From Ruthenibacterium lactatiformans (GTDB lineage: Bacteria > Actinomycetota > Coriobacteriia > Coriobacteriales > QAMH01): DNA of 64,000 bases. Below, piece by piece: positions 30,403 to 38,862 of the stretch. The notes under the pieces were generated by a model that was not told where the DNA came from, ran no database searches, and saw only the letters and a program-made list of their open reading frames with translations. Made by a program: the position numbers and the translations under genes. Within the stretch, counting starts at the first letter, position 1; each line of letters begins with the position of its first letter. The stretch lies in the NCBI GenBank assembly GCA_963614215.1, contig CAVECB010000006.1:3424-67423 (forward strand). Direction: 5' to 3'.

Positions 30403-31668
30403 TTAGCTGCGGTAGTCGGCGTTGATGTGGATGTAGTCGTGGGTGAGGTCGCAGGTCCACACGCGCGCCTGGCCGTTCCCGGCGTGAAAGTCCACGTCGA
30501 TGGCTATCTCGTCACGCTCGAAGCGTTTGGTGGCCTCCTCTTCGGAAAACGACTGCGCCAGGCCTGCACGGCACACGGGCAACCCCATGATGTCGATGTC
30601 GCAGCGCTCCTGGGCAAAGTCCGCGCCCGACTTGCCCGCGGCGGCGGCGATGCGCCCCCAGTTGCAGTCGCGTCCGGCGATGGCGGTCTTGACCAGCGGA
30701 GAATTGGCGATGGCGCGGGCTGCCAACTCGGCGTCTTCGTCGTGGGCCGCGCCGCGCACGGTCACGGTCACGAGCTTGGTCGCCCCCTCGCCGTCTGCCG
30801 CTATCTGGCGAGCCAAGTCCTCGCAGACTGATTGCAGGGCCGCCGCGAAGATGGAAAAACGCGCGTCGTCGGCCGACTCAATCGTCGGTAGGCCCGCCGC
30901 GCCGCTTGCCAGCAAAAAGACGCTGTCGTTGGTGGAAGTGTCGGAGTCCACGGTGATCTTGTTGAAGGAGACATCCACCGCCTGCTTCAGCGCCTGGGCT
31001 GCAACGGATGCGGAGACGGGCGCATCGGTCGTGAGCACGGCCAGCATCGTGGCCATGTCCGGCTGGATCATGCCCGAACCCTTGCACATGCCGCCCACCG
31101 CGCAGGCCTGCCCGTCCAGCTCGAAGGCCACGGCGCATTCCTTGGGGTGGGTGTCGGTGGTCATGATGGCGCAGGCCGCGTCGTGAGCCGCCGCAGGCGA
31201 TGCGGCGGCGGCGGCTGCCAGCAGCGGCACGCCCTCGGTGAAAGGCGCAAGCGGCAGCGGCACGCCGATGACGCCGGTGGAGGCGACGAAAACCTCTTCG
31301 GCCTCGCAGCCCAGGGCCTGCGCCACGCAATCTGCGCTTTGCCGCGCCACGTCCATGCCGGGCTGCCCCGTCGCGGCGTTCGCGTTGCCCGAGTTCAAAA
31401 CCACCGCGCGCGCCTTGGCCTTCGCGGCCACCTCGCGCGAGACGGCCACGGGGGCAGCGGCGAACTTGTTTTTGGTGAAGACACCCGCCGCGACGGCAGA
31501 CCCTTCATCGGCGACGACGAGCGCGGCGTCGAGGCGGCCCGGGTTCTTGCGAAAACCCAAGTGCAGGCCGGATGCGGAAAAGCCGGCTGCGGCGCAGACC
31601 CCGCCGTCCACATAGGAAAACGTCGGGTCGGGCAGGGGCGCGTGCTGTATGTTCGTGTGCTGTTCCAT
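30403..31668 (-). CDS. argJ: bifunctional ornithine acetyltransferase / N-acetylglutamate synthase
   Basis: 421 aa. The autoprocessing ATMLAVLTTDA motif is present. Confidence 0.95.
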   Translation of the reverse strand: MEQHTNIQHAPLPDPTFSYVDGGVCAAAGFSASGLHLGFRKNPGRLDAALVVADEGSAVAAGVFTKNKFAAAPVAVSREVAAKAKARAVVLNSGNANAATGQPGMDVARQSADCVAQALGCEAEEVFVASTGVIGVPLPLAPFTEGVPLLAAAAAASPAAAHDAACAIMTTDTHPKECAVAFELDGQACAVGGMCKGSGMIQPDMATMLAVLTTDAPVSASVAAQALKQAVDVSFNKITVDSDTSTNDSVFLLASGAAGLPTIESADDARFSIFAAALQSVCEDLARQIAADGEGATKLVTVTVRGAAHDEDAELAARAIANSPLVKTAIAGRDCNWGRIAAAAGKSGADFAQERCDIDIMGLPVCRAGLAQSFSEEEATKRFERDEIAIDVDFHAGNGQARVWTCDLTHDYIHINADYRS

Positions 31669-31694
31669 AATGGGCGCATTGTGCGCCTGCTGGC

Positions 31695-31760
31695 GCTGAT
31701 TTTCAATAATTATTTTGAAATATGCAGAAATCCTGCATTATTCGGCGAAAATATTCAATG
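31695..31760 (-). promoter_or_regulatory. AT-rich arg promoter region with ARG-box-like palindrome
   Basis: TTCAATAATTATTTTGAA at 31702-31719 (AT-rich inverted repeat). TGCAG-N5-CTGCA at 31723-31737. GAAAATATTCAATG at 31747-31760. Lies between the ackA stop and the argJ start, and argR is encoded in the same cluster. Confidence 0.4.
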
Positions 31761-32996
31761 CTACCCAACGTCGAGGCCGTCCGGGCGCACGACGGAGCCC
31801 TTGCCCGTGGCCAGCGCCATCGTGTCGCGCGCAATCATCAGCTCCTCGTTGGTGGGCACGACAAGCAGCTTCACCTTCGAACGCGCATCCGATATGACGC
31901 GCTCTTCGCCTTCGACCTTGTTGGCCTGATAGTCGACGATGATGCCTAGCGCCTCCATGCCGCCCAAGATCATGCGCCGCATGCGCTCGCAATGCTCGCC
32001 GATGCCGCCGGCAAACGATATCGCGTCCACGCCGCCCATGATGGCAATGTAGGAGCCAATCATCTTTTTCACACTGTGCGCGTACATGTCGTAGGCCAGC
32101 GTCGCGCGTTTGTGCCCGGCGATGGTCGCGGCCTTGATGACGCGCAGGTCGTTGGACAGACCGGATATGCCCAGCAGGCCGGACTCGCGGTTCATCAGCT
32201 CGTTTATCTCGTGGGGCGTATAGCCTTCCTGCTCCATCAGGTAGGTGACGATGGCCGGGTCGATGTCGCCGCAGCGCGTGCCCATCATCACGCCGCCGAG
32301 CGGGGTGAATCCCATAGACGTGTCCACGCTCATGCCGTGGTCGACCGCCGTGAGCGAGCAGCCGTTGCCCAGATGGCAGGTGATCAGCTTCAGGTCGGCC
32401 ACGTCGGCATCGAGCAGCTCGGCGGTGCGCCGCGCGATATAGCGGTGCGAGGTGCCGTGCGCGCCGTAGCGGCGTATGCCGAAGCGCCCGTAGAACTCGT
32501 AGGGCAGCGCGTACATGTAGGCGTACGGCTGCATGCTCTGGTGGAAGGCCGTGTCAAAGACGACGGAATGCGGTACGTCGCCCATGAGCTTCATGCACGC
32601 ACGTATGCACGAGAGCGCGGGCGGATTGTGCAGGGGCGCAAGCTCCGAGCACAGCTCGATGTCGCGGATAACGCCGTCGTCTACCAGCACCGACTCGCTG
32701 AACTTTTCGCCGCCATGCACGATGCGGTGCCCCACGGCGTCTATCTCGGAGAGATCAGACAGGCTCGCCTGGCCGCCATCGGTCAGAGCCTCGATCACGG
32801 CACGCATCGCGTCTAGGTGCTCGTCCATGGGCTTTTCGACGACGTTGTAGCCGTCGGTGCCGCGCCATATCTTGATGAACGAGCCGGGCTCGCCAATCTT
32901 CTCGCACAGACCCTTGGCGACGACGCTCTCGTCGCTCATGTCGATGACCTGGTATTTCAGCGAGGAACTGCCCGCGTTGACGACCAGAATCTTCAT
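31761..32996 (-). CDS. ackA: acetate kinase
   Basis: ATG at 32994-32996 (MKILVVNAGSSSLKYQVIDM...) within ORF 31761-33125. Confidence 0.95.
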   Translation of the reverse strand: MKILVVNAGSSSLKYQVIDMSDESVVAKGLCEKIGEPGSFIKIWRGTDGYNVVEKPMDEHLDAMRAVIEALTDGGQASLSDLSEIDAVGHRIVHGGEKFSESVLVDDGVIRDIELCSELAPLHNPPALSCIRACMKLMGDVPHSVVFDTAFHQSMQPYAYMYALPYEFYGRFGIRRYGAHGTSHRYIARRTAELLDADVADLKLITCHLGNGCSLTAVDHGMSVDTSMGFTPLGGVMMGTRCGDIDPAIVTYLMEQEGYTPHEINELMNRESGLLGISGLSNDLRVIKAATIAGHKRATLAYDMYAHSVKKMIGSYIAIMGGVDAISFAGGIGEHCERMRRMILGGMEALGIIVDYQANKVEGEERVISDARSKVKLLVVPTNEELMIARDTMALATGKGSVVRPDGLDVG

Positions 32997-33268
32997 GCAG
33001 CGCCTGTCCCCTCTCGCCTTGCAGCGCTCGGACGTGGATGTCGGTTTTCTACTCTTTAAAGCAGGTGCGCCGTGCACATGCGGCGCGCCTTCTTGCCATT
33101 CGAGGGGATATTTTCCCACGCGCAAAGCAGGCGGGTAAACAGCTAGTCAGCCGAACGGCGCGGCGCTGCGTGGAGACGGTGTCGCGGGCGGTATGCGGTG
33201 CGCGTCGTGCATGCCGCCGATGGTGCGGATGAAAGGCGCGCGCGTCGCGGACGGCATGCGGCACTCCT

Positions 33269-33622
33269 CTACTTTTCAGGAAACATGCCCTCCGGCATCT
33301 TCTCGCCGCCACACACGTGGATGTGCCAGTGCTTCACCGTCTGCGAGGCGTCGTCGCCGGTGTTCACGATCAGGCGAAAGCCGCTGTCGGCGATGCCGCA
33401 GATGCCGGCCACCTTCACGGCCGCGTCGAAGAGGTGCCCTTTCAGCTCGGTCGGCACGCCATCGGCGATCGAGGCGTAGTGGTCTTTGGGCACCACCAAC
33501 ACGTGCACGGGCGTCTGCGGGCTCGCGTCTTTGAACGCGGCGCACAGCTCGTCTTCGTAGACCATGTCCGTCGCCACCTCGCCGTTGGCGATCTTGCAGA
33601 AAATGCAGTTCTCGTCTTTCAT
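33269..33622 (-). CDS. HIT-family (histidine triad) protein
   Basis: ATG at 33620-33622 with GGGAGA RBS. CIFCKI... and HWHIHV histidine-triad motif. The ORF-track start at 33745 is a TTG with no RBS. Confidence 0.9.
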   Translation of the reverse strand: MKDENCIFCKIANGEVATDMVYEDELCAAFKDASPQTPVHVLVVPKDHYASIADGVPTELKGHLFDAAVKVAGICGIADSGFRLIVNTGDDASQTVKHWHIHVCGGEKMPEGMFPEK

Positions 33623-33656
33623 GATGAATCTCCCTTCTCGTCTGTCTTTTCGCGAC

Positions 33657-33704
33657 CCTTCTTGCGAGTCTTCGTGCGAGCCTTCTTGCGAGCTTTCTTG
33701 CGTG
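33657..33704. repeat. 12-bp tandem repeat x4 (CCTTCTTGCGAG-like)
   Basis: ccttcttgcgag / tcttcgtgcgag / ccttcttgcgag / ctttcttgcgtg read directly. Located 35 nt upstream of the HIT start codon. Confidence 0.85.
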
Positions 33705-33755
33705 CGCCCGCCTGCATCGTGTGTCGGGTGCGCCACTTGCCTCAAAGCCCGGCGG

Positions 33756-34025
33756 CTAGCTGAGCTTGGTGTCTATCTCGCCGGTGTCGGCGTCGTCGAG
33801 TTTGCCCATCAACTCGGTGATGGTGAGCTGCGCGGTGTCGAGACGCTTTTGCAGGTCGGCCAGCACCTCCACCCCCAGCTTGTAGCTCTCGATACTGTCT
33901 TCCAGCTCCAGCTGGTTGCTCTCCAGCTGGCCCACGATGCCCTCGAGCTTTTCTAGGCCCTGCTTGAAGCTCATGGCCTCGATTTCCTCTTTGCTCATCT
34001 GCATGTTCTTTTTCGCTTCCGCCAT
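33756..34025 (-). CDS. xseB: exodeoxyribonuclease VII small subunit
   Basis: ATG at 34023-34025 (MAEAKKNMQMSKEEIEAMSFKQGLEKLEGIV...). Confidence 0.9.
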   Translation of the reverse strand: MAEAKKNMQMSKEEIEAMSFKQGLEKLEGIVGQLESNQLELEDSIESYKLGVEVLADLQKRLDTAQLTITELMGKLDDADTGEIDTKLS

Positions 34026-34092
34026 CTTACCCTCCTGTTGTCTCGCCCCCCTTCGCAAAGCGCGGCAGGGGCGGCCTTTTTGTCTGCTTCGG

Positions 34093-35661
34093 CTAACTTG
34101 CCTTTTGTACCTCGTCTACCGTGCACGCCAGCTGCCCGTCGCGCAGCTGCACCCGCACCGCATCGCCCGGCGCGACCTTGCCCACGCTGTCCACGATGCT
34201 TGCCCCGTCTTGCGCGTAGGTGATGGAATAGCCGCGCGAAAGCGTTTTTAGGGGGCTGAGCGCGTCGAGGCGCGCCGCATGCACCGCGACCTGGGCGCGG
34301 GCTGCCGCCATCATGGCAGGTCCTGCGCGAAGGAGCGCCTCTTGCGAGCTGCGCAGCTCGCGGGCCTCCCCACCTGCGAGCGCCGAGCCCGCCGACATCA
34401 AGCGTTGCCGGGCAAGTTCGAGGCGTCGCGCGTCGCGCTCCAAAACCGCAGGCGCAAGCCGGGCAAGGCGTCCGGCGGCCACCTCCACGCGCTGCGCGTC
34501 GCGAGCAAGCGCATCGGGTATGGCGCGGTGAAGGCGCTCGCGGGTCAGCTCCAGGCGTTGCGCGTCGCGGGCAAGCGCGTCGGGGATGGCGCGGGACAGG
34601 CGCATGGACAGCTCGTCGAGGGACTGCGCGAAAGGCCCCACCACGTAGCGTTCGTCTTGCCATACGGGGCGCAGGCGCACCCTGTCCAGGCGGTGCGCGG
34701 CGGCCTCCAGGCGGTGCACAAGAGCCTGCGCGAGAAGCCGTTTCGCGTTGGCCACCTTCGAGCCCAGCTCGTCGGCAGAAATCCGCGTCGCGCCCTCAGC
34801 CGCCGTAGACGGCGTGGAACAGCGCAGGTCGGCCACCATGTCGCAGATGGAGTTGTCGGGCTCGTGGCCTATGCCTGTGACGACGGGCACGGGGCAGGCC
34901 GCCACCGTGCGCGCAAGCCCCTCGTCGTTGAAGGGCATGAGCGCCTCGTAGCTGCCACCGCCGCGCACGAGCAAGACCACGTCGGGCGCAGGCTCGAGCG
35001 AGGCGACGGTCTCTATCGCCGCCGACATCTGCGCAGGCGCGTCGTCGCCTTCCACTTTCACTCCGAAAAACAGCAGCTCTGCCAAGGGGTAGCGCCGGCG
35101 CAGGGTGCGGACAACGTCGTGGACCGCCTTACCGTGCGGGCTGGTGACAAGCGCGATGCGACGCGGCAGGGCGGGGATGCGGCGCTTGCGCGACGGATCC
35201 ATCAGGCCTTCCGCTTTAAGCTTTGCCGCGATGCGCGCCACCTGCACGCGCAAGTCGCCCTCGCCGGCAAGCGCCAGACGCGAAACGGAGAACTGGAGCT
35301 GGCCGCGGGCGGGATAGGCGCTGAAGCGCCCGTCCATTTCGACGAGCATGCCCTGTGCCAGGGCCACGCCACTTTCCTTGTAGATGTTGCGCCACATGAT
35401 GCAGGGCATGCTGGCCTTCTCGTCGCGCACGTCGAAGTAGACGGCCTTGTAGCGCGCGGCATCCGTGACCTGCGAGACCTCGCCCACCACGCGCAGGCGT
35501 ATCTGCTCGAGGCCGCGTTTGGCCGCCTCCATCGCCTGGGTAACGCTATAGGCCTGCGGGTCTGCGGTCGCGTTCGCACTCTTCGTCGCCGCGCCTCTCG
35601 CAGCTGCCGCATCGCCTGTTGCGTCTACGTCTTTTACCGTCATCCTCTTCACCACGCCCAT
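34093..35661 (-). CDS. xseA: exodeoxyribonuclease VII large subunit
   Basis: Within ORF 34093-35967. Candidate ATGs at 35661 (MGVVKRM) or 35643 (MTVKD). OB-fold N-terminus (VVGEVSQVTDAARYKAVYFDVRDE). Long coiled-coil C-terminus with internal repeat RAIPDALARDAQR(L/V)E. Confidence 0.87.
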   Translation of the reverse strand: MGVVKRMTVKDVDATGDAAAARGAATKSANATADPQAYSVTQAMEAAKRGLEQIRLRVVGEVSQVTDAARYKAVYFDVRDEKASMPCIMWRNIYKESGVALAQGMLVEMDGRFSAYPARGQLQFSVSRLALAGEGDLRVQVARIAAKLKAEGLMDPSRKRRIPALPRRIALVTSPHGKAVHDVVRTLRRRYPLAELLFFGVKVEGDDAPAQMSAAIETVASLEPAPDVVLLVRGGGSYEALMPFNDEGLARTVAACPVPVVTGIGHEPDNSICDMVADLRCSTPSTAAEGATRISADELGSKVANAKRLLAQALVHRLEAAAHRLDRVRLRPVWQDERYVVGPFAQSLDELSMRLSRAIPDALARDAQRLELTRERLHRAIPDALARDAQRVEVAAGRLARLAPAVLERDARRLELARQRLMSAGSALAGGEARELRSSQEALLRAGPAMMAAARAQVAVHAARLDALSPLKTLSRGYSITYAQDGASIVDSVGKVAPGDAVRVQLRDGQLACTVDEVQKAS

Positions 35662-35689
35662 ACCTGCGCGTCCCGACACGAGGAGGCTC

Positions 35690-36418
35690 TTAGCGCCCGG
35701 AGCGGGCAAGGCCGATGTAGTAGACGAGCTGCATGAGCGAGGTGAGTGCCGATGCCACATAGGTGAGCGCCGCCGCCGTGAGCACGCGCCGCGCACCGCC
35801 CGTGACCGACTCGGGCAGCGCCGCGCCGACACTGCCTTGCACCTGGCCGCCCGCACCCGCGCCGGAGATGTATTCCAGCCCGCGCCGCGAGGCGTTGAAC
35901 TCGACAGGCAGCGTGACCAGGTGGAAGAGCACGGCAAATGCGAACAGGCCGATGCCCACCCACACAAGGCCGATCATATTCAGGAAAAAGCCGGCAATCA
36001 GCAGCCAGATCCACAGCGTAGACCCGAGGTTGGCGACGGGCACAAGCGCCGTGCGGGCGCGCATGGGGGCATAGCCGCGCGCGTGCTGGACCGCGTGCCC
36101 GCATTCGTGGCAGGCCACCGCCATGGCCGACACGCTCGTGGTGTGGTAGATGTTTTCCGACAAGCGCACCACAGGCCCTGACGGGTCAAAGTGATCCGAA
36201 AGCGTGCCGGACACGCATTCAACCGGCACGTCGGACATGCCGTTTTCGTCGAGCATGCGCCGCGCGATCTGGGCGCCCGTCATGCCCGTCTCGTTGTCGC
36301 GGTGCAGGTATTTGTTGTAGGAGGCACTGATGAAGGCCTGGGTGCCCGCGCCCAAAACAAGGCTGACCACGAGCATGACGATGTAGCCGAAGTTCATTCC
36401 GAGAAAAGTGGAGCTCAT
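35690..36418 (-). CDS. membrane zinc metallopeptidase (YugP/Zn_peptidase_2-like)
   Basis: 242 aa. HECGHAVQH zinc motif. N- and C-terminal TM segments. Confidence 0.83.
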   Translation of the reverse strand: MSSTFLGMNFGYIVMLVVSLVLGAGTQAFISASYNKYLHRDNETGMTGAQIARRMLDENGMSDVPVECVSGTLSDHFDPSGPVVRLSENIYHTTSVSAMAVACHECGHAVQHARGYAPMRARTALVPVANLGSTLWIWLLIAGFFLNMIGLVWVGIGLFAFAVLFHLVTLPVEFNASRRGLEYISGAGAGGQVQGSVGAALPESVTGGARRVLTAAALTYVASALTSLMQLVYYIGLARSGR

Positions 36419-36520
36419 GTGACGCGTCCTTTCGAGTGGAGCCGATGCGGCAAATGCGGCGGCGGCGCCGTAGCGGTCGTATGTCGTGTGCGCATCATAC
36501 CCGATGGAGCGGACACGCCG

Positions 36521-37972
36521 TCACAGCCGCCCCATCTTCTGCTCCCCGGCCGTTGGGGCGAGGGGGCGTGGCAGGGGGATGGCCGCGCCGATGGCGGCTG
36601 CCGCGATCATGATGACGACGCCGCGCAGGGGAAAACACATGAGCAAAAGCAGCGCCGCCATGACGGGCTGGCGCATGACGGCACCCATGCAGCCGGCGGT
36701 GCAGGCGGCCACGCACGACACCGGATCGGCACCCGTGAGCAGCGAAAATCCGTAGCCAATGCTGACGCCGGCAAAGATAAGCGGGAAGAAGTGCCCGCCG
36801 CGCCAACCCATATGGATGCAAAACGGCGTGAGCGCCGCCTTCACGAAGCCGGTCGCGATGAGGACGCCGGCGGGGACGGTGAAATACGACTCCATGAGCA
36901 TGTGCGATTGCTCCTCGCCTGCAAACATCGCATAGGGCAGCGCCATGCCGCAGACGGCCAGGACGAGGCCTGCCAGGACGGCCTTCACGACGGGGCGCTC
37001 TCCCAGGCGCGCGGAGAGTTTTTCCGTTGCCGCCGTCGATGCATGAAAGACCCAGCCGCAGGCGCATCCCGCAAGCGCAAGCGGTATCGCCAGCCCAAGC
37101 TCCAGGCCGCCGACCTCCATGTCGGAAAAGCGCGGCAGCCCCATGCCGCCGCCAAAAATGTCGCCCAGCACGATGAAGGCGCCGAGCGCGCCCACGATGG
37201 CGCACAGGTAGACGAAGGTCTTTTGCGCACGAGGCAGGCAGATCTCGATGCCGCCGTCCTCGTCTGCGGCGTCCGCATCTTCGCGCACTACAGTCGCGCC
37301 TGCATCCGACGCGGCGCCCCGGCCCATCGCAGCAGCATCTTCACCCGCATTTTCGCTGGCGGTGGCAGCGCCTTTGTCCGCTCTTTCACCCGCCGCGCCC
37401 GCGCGCCCGGCAAGCGGCGCCACGAAGCCATAAAAGGGCGCCGTGAACACCGCCGTGAGCGCCGCCTGCGTGCCGAGCACGGTGAGCTTGCGAAACTCGC
37501 CCCCAAAGCGGCGCATTCTGTCGCCTACCCAGGTGCACAGCCCCGCGATGACGCCGGTAAGGCCGGCTTCAGGACCTATGGAGCCGCCAAACAAAAGCGG
37601 CAGCAGCGCCGCCACGGAAAGCTTTCCCATCTTGTCGTAAGGGTAGCGCCCCTCTTCCTTCACCCGCCCCATGACCGCGGACAGCTCCTCGGGGCACACG
37701 CCCGTCTTCGCGTCGAAGGCGCCGATGAGAAGCCCGCCCACGAGGCACAGCGCAAGCGGATAGGGCAAAAACCCGAACGGGCCTGCCGCAAGCGCCGGCG
37801 CCCGCCCAGACACCGCCTCGCCCAACGCGGCTGGCAGCTTCGCCCACAAAAAGTCGATGCCGAGGCCCATGAGGAAGAAAAACAGCCACACGAACGCGCC
37901 CGCGAGCGCACCCGTGACCACGACGCACACGACGAAAAGCACACGGTTGAAGGGTTTGGCGAAATTCGGCAC
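36521..37972 (-). CDS. ClC-family chloride channel/transporter-like protein
   Basis: Within ORF 36521-38410. Proposed GTG start at 37970-37972 after AGAGGAAAAGGGGGG. Polytopic. GGSIGPEAGLTG and GGHFFPLIFAG resemble the ClC GxEGP and GxFxP filter motifs. Confidence 0.68.
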   Translation of the reverse strand: MPNFAKPFNRVLFVVCVVVTGALAGAFVWLFFFLMGLGIDFLWAKLPAALGEAVSGRAPALAAGPFGFLPYPLALCLVGGLLIGAFDAKTGVCPEELSAVMGRVKEEGRYPYDKMGKLSVAALLPLLFGGSIGPEAGLTGVIAGLCTWVGDRMRRFGGEFRKLTVLGTQAALTAVFTAPFYGFVAPLAGRAGAAGERADKGAATASENAGEDAAAMGRGAASDAGATVVREDADAADEDGGIEICLPRAQKTFVYLCAIVGALGAFIVLGDIFGGGMGLPRFSDMEVGGLELGLAIPLALAGCACGWVFHASTAATEKLSARLGERPVVKAVLAGLVLAVCGMALPYAMFAGEEQSHMLMESYFTVPAGVLIATGFVKAALTPFCIHMGWRGGHFFPLIFAGVSIGYGFSLLTGADPVSCVAACTAGCMGAVMRQPVMAALLLLMCFPLRGVVIMIAAAAIGAAIPLPRPLAPTAGEQKMGRL

Positions 37973-38040
37973 GGCCAGCTGCCCCCCTTTTCCTCTCCCA
38001 AAAGCCGCCAACGCCTCCCAGCGCCGTCGGCGGCACGTTG

Positions 38041-38862
38041 CTAGTGGTGCCTGCTTGCCTTGTAGTTCGCGAGATAGCCGGCAAACTCCGCGCTCGTGTC
38101 GGAATTCGTGGTCCTCCACGCCTTGTGGTCGACAATCTCGGACTCGAAGCCGTAGTAGGCGTCGATGTAGGCAATCAGGCCATCGAGTGCCTCGAGCTGC
38201 GCTTCGGGATAGTCCTCGCCGCCTCCCACATGCACCATCTCGATGCCGACGGAATAGGAGTTCATCCCGTAGTCCGCATAATCGCTGCCGATGGAGGTGG
38301 TGCCCGCCTTGTCGTCGCGGCTCTCGTCGCTCACCCCAAAACTCGCGTTGTGGCCGGTGTCGCCGAAGCCCGCATGGTGCGTGATCTTGTCCAGCGGCAC
38401 GCACTGCCAAATCGAGCCGTCCTTGTTCACGATGAAATGCGCGGCGACCATGTTGCCGCTATCATCCCAGCTCTCGATCACGCTCGAGGCGCTGCCGCTG
38501 CCCTCGGTGTCGTGGAGCATGATGTACTTCTGGCAGCTCGCGGGCTTGTCGCCGTGCACAAACGAAGAACGGTAGTCCTCGGAAATGTTCAGGGCCGCGC
38601 GCAAGGCATCCGCGCTTGAGCGGGCCGCCGCCTCCTCGGCCGCTTTTTGCTGCGCCTCTAGCTCCTCGGCCGCTTTTTGCTGTTCCTCTTCAGAAAGCGA
38701 GGACTCCTGCGTGGCGCTGTTGGTCTCTTGAATTTTCTCGTCGGGTGCCTTCGTCTCGCCGCCCGACTGTCCGCACGCGGCAAGGCCGCAGCACAGCAGG
38801 CACGCGAGAAGAAAGACGGCCGCTATCCTAGTTGGGGTGCGCTTTGTTGACATCATATCCAT
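38041..38862 (-). CDS. N-acetylmuramoyl-L-alanine amidase (Amidase_2/PGRP-type) lipoprotein
   Basis: 273 aa. Signal peptide with lipobox LAAC. Amidase_2-like core (MLHDTEG...AAHFIVNKDGSIWQ...HHAG...NSYSVGIEM). Confidence 0.83.
   Translation of the reverse strand: MDMMSTKRTPTRIAAVFLLACLLCCGLAACGQSGGETKAPDEKIQETNSATQESSLSEEEQQKAAEELEAQQKAAEEAAARSSADALRAALNISEDYRSSFVHGDKPASCQKYIMLHDTEGSGSASSVIESWDDSGNMVAAHFIVNKDGSIWQCVPLDKITHHAGFGDTGHNASFGVSDESRDDKAGTTSIGSDYADYGMNSYSVGIEMVHVGGGEDYPEAQLEALDGLIAYIDAYYGFESEIVDHKAWRTTNSDTSAEFAGYLANYKASRHH

Noticed and set aside
34279-35736. 485-aa plus-strand ORF
   Set aside because: It is antisense to xseA. Arg/Ala/Gly-rich shadow ORF.
36191-38044. 617-aa plus-strand ORF
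   Set aside because: It is antisense to the ClC-like gene and the Zn-peptidase start. The sequence is Arg/Gly/Ala-rich with no motifs, so it is a high-GC shadow ORF.
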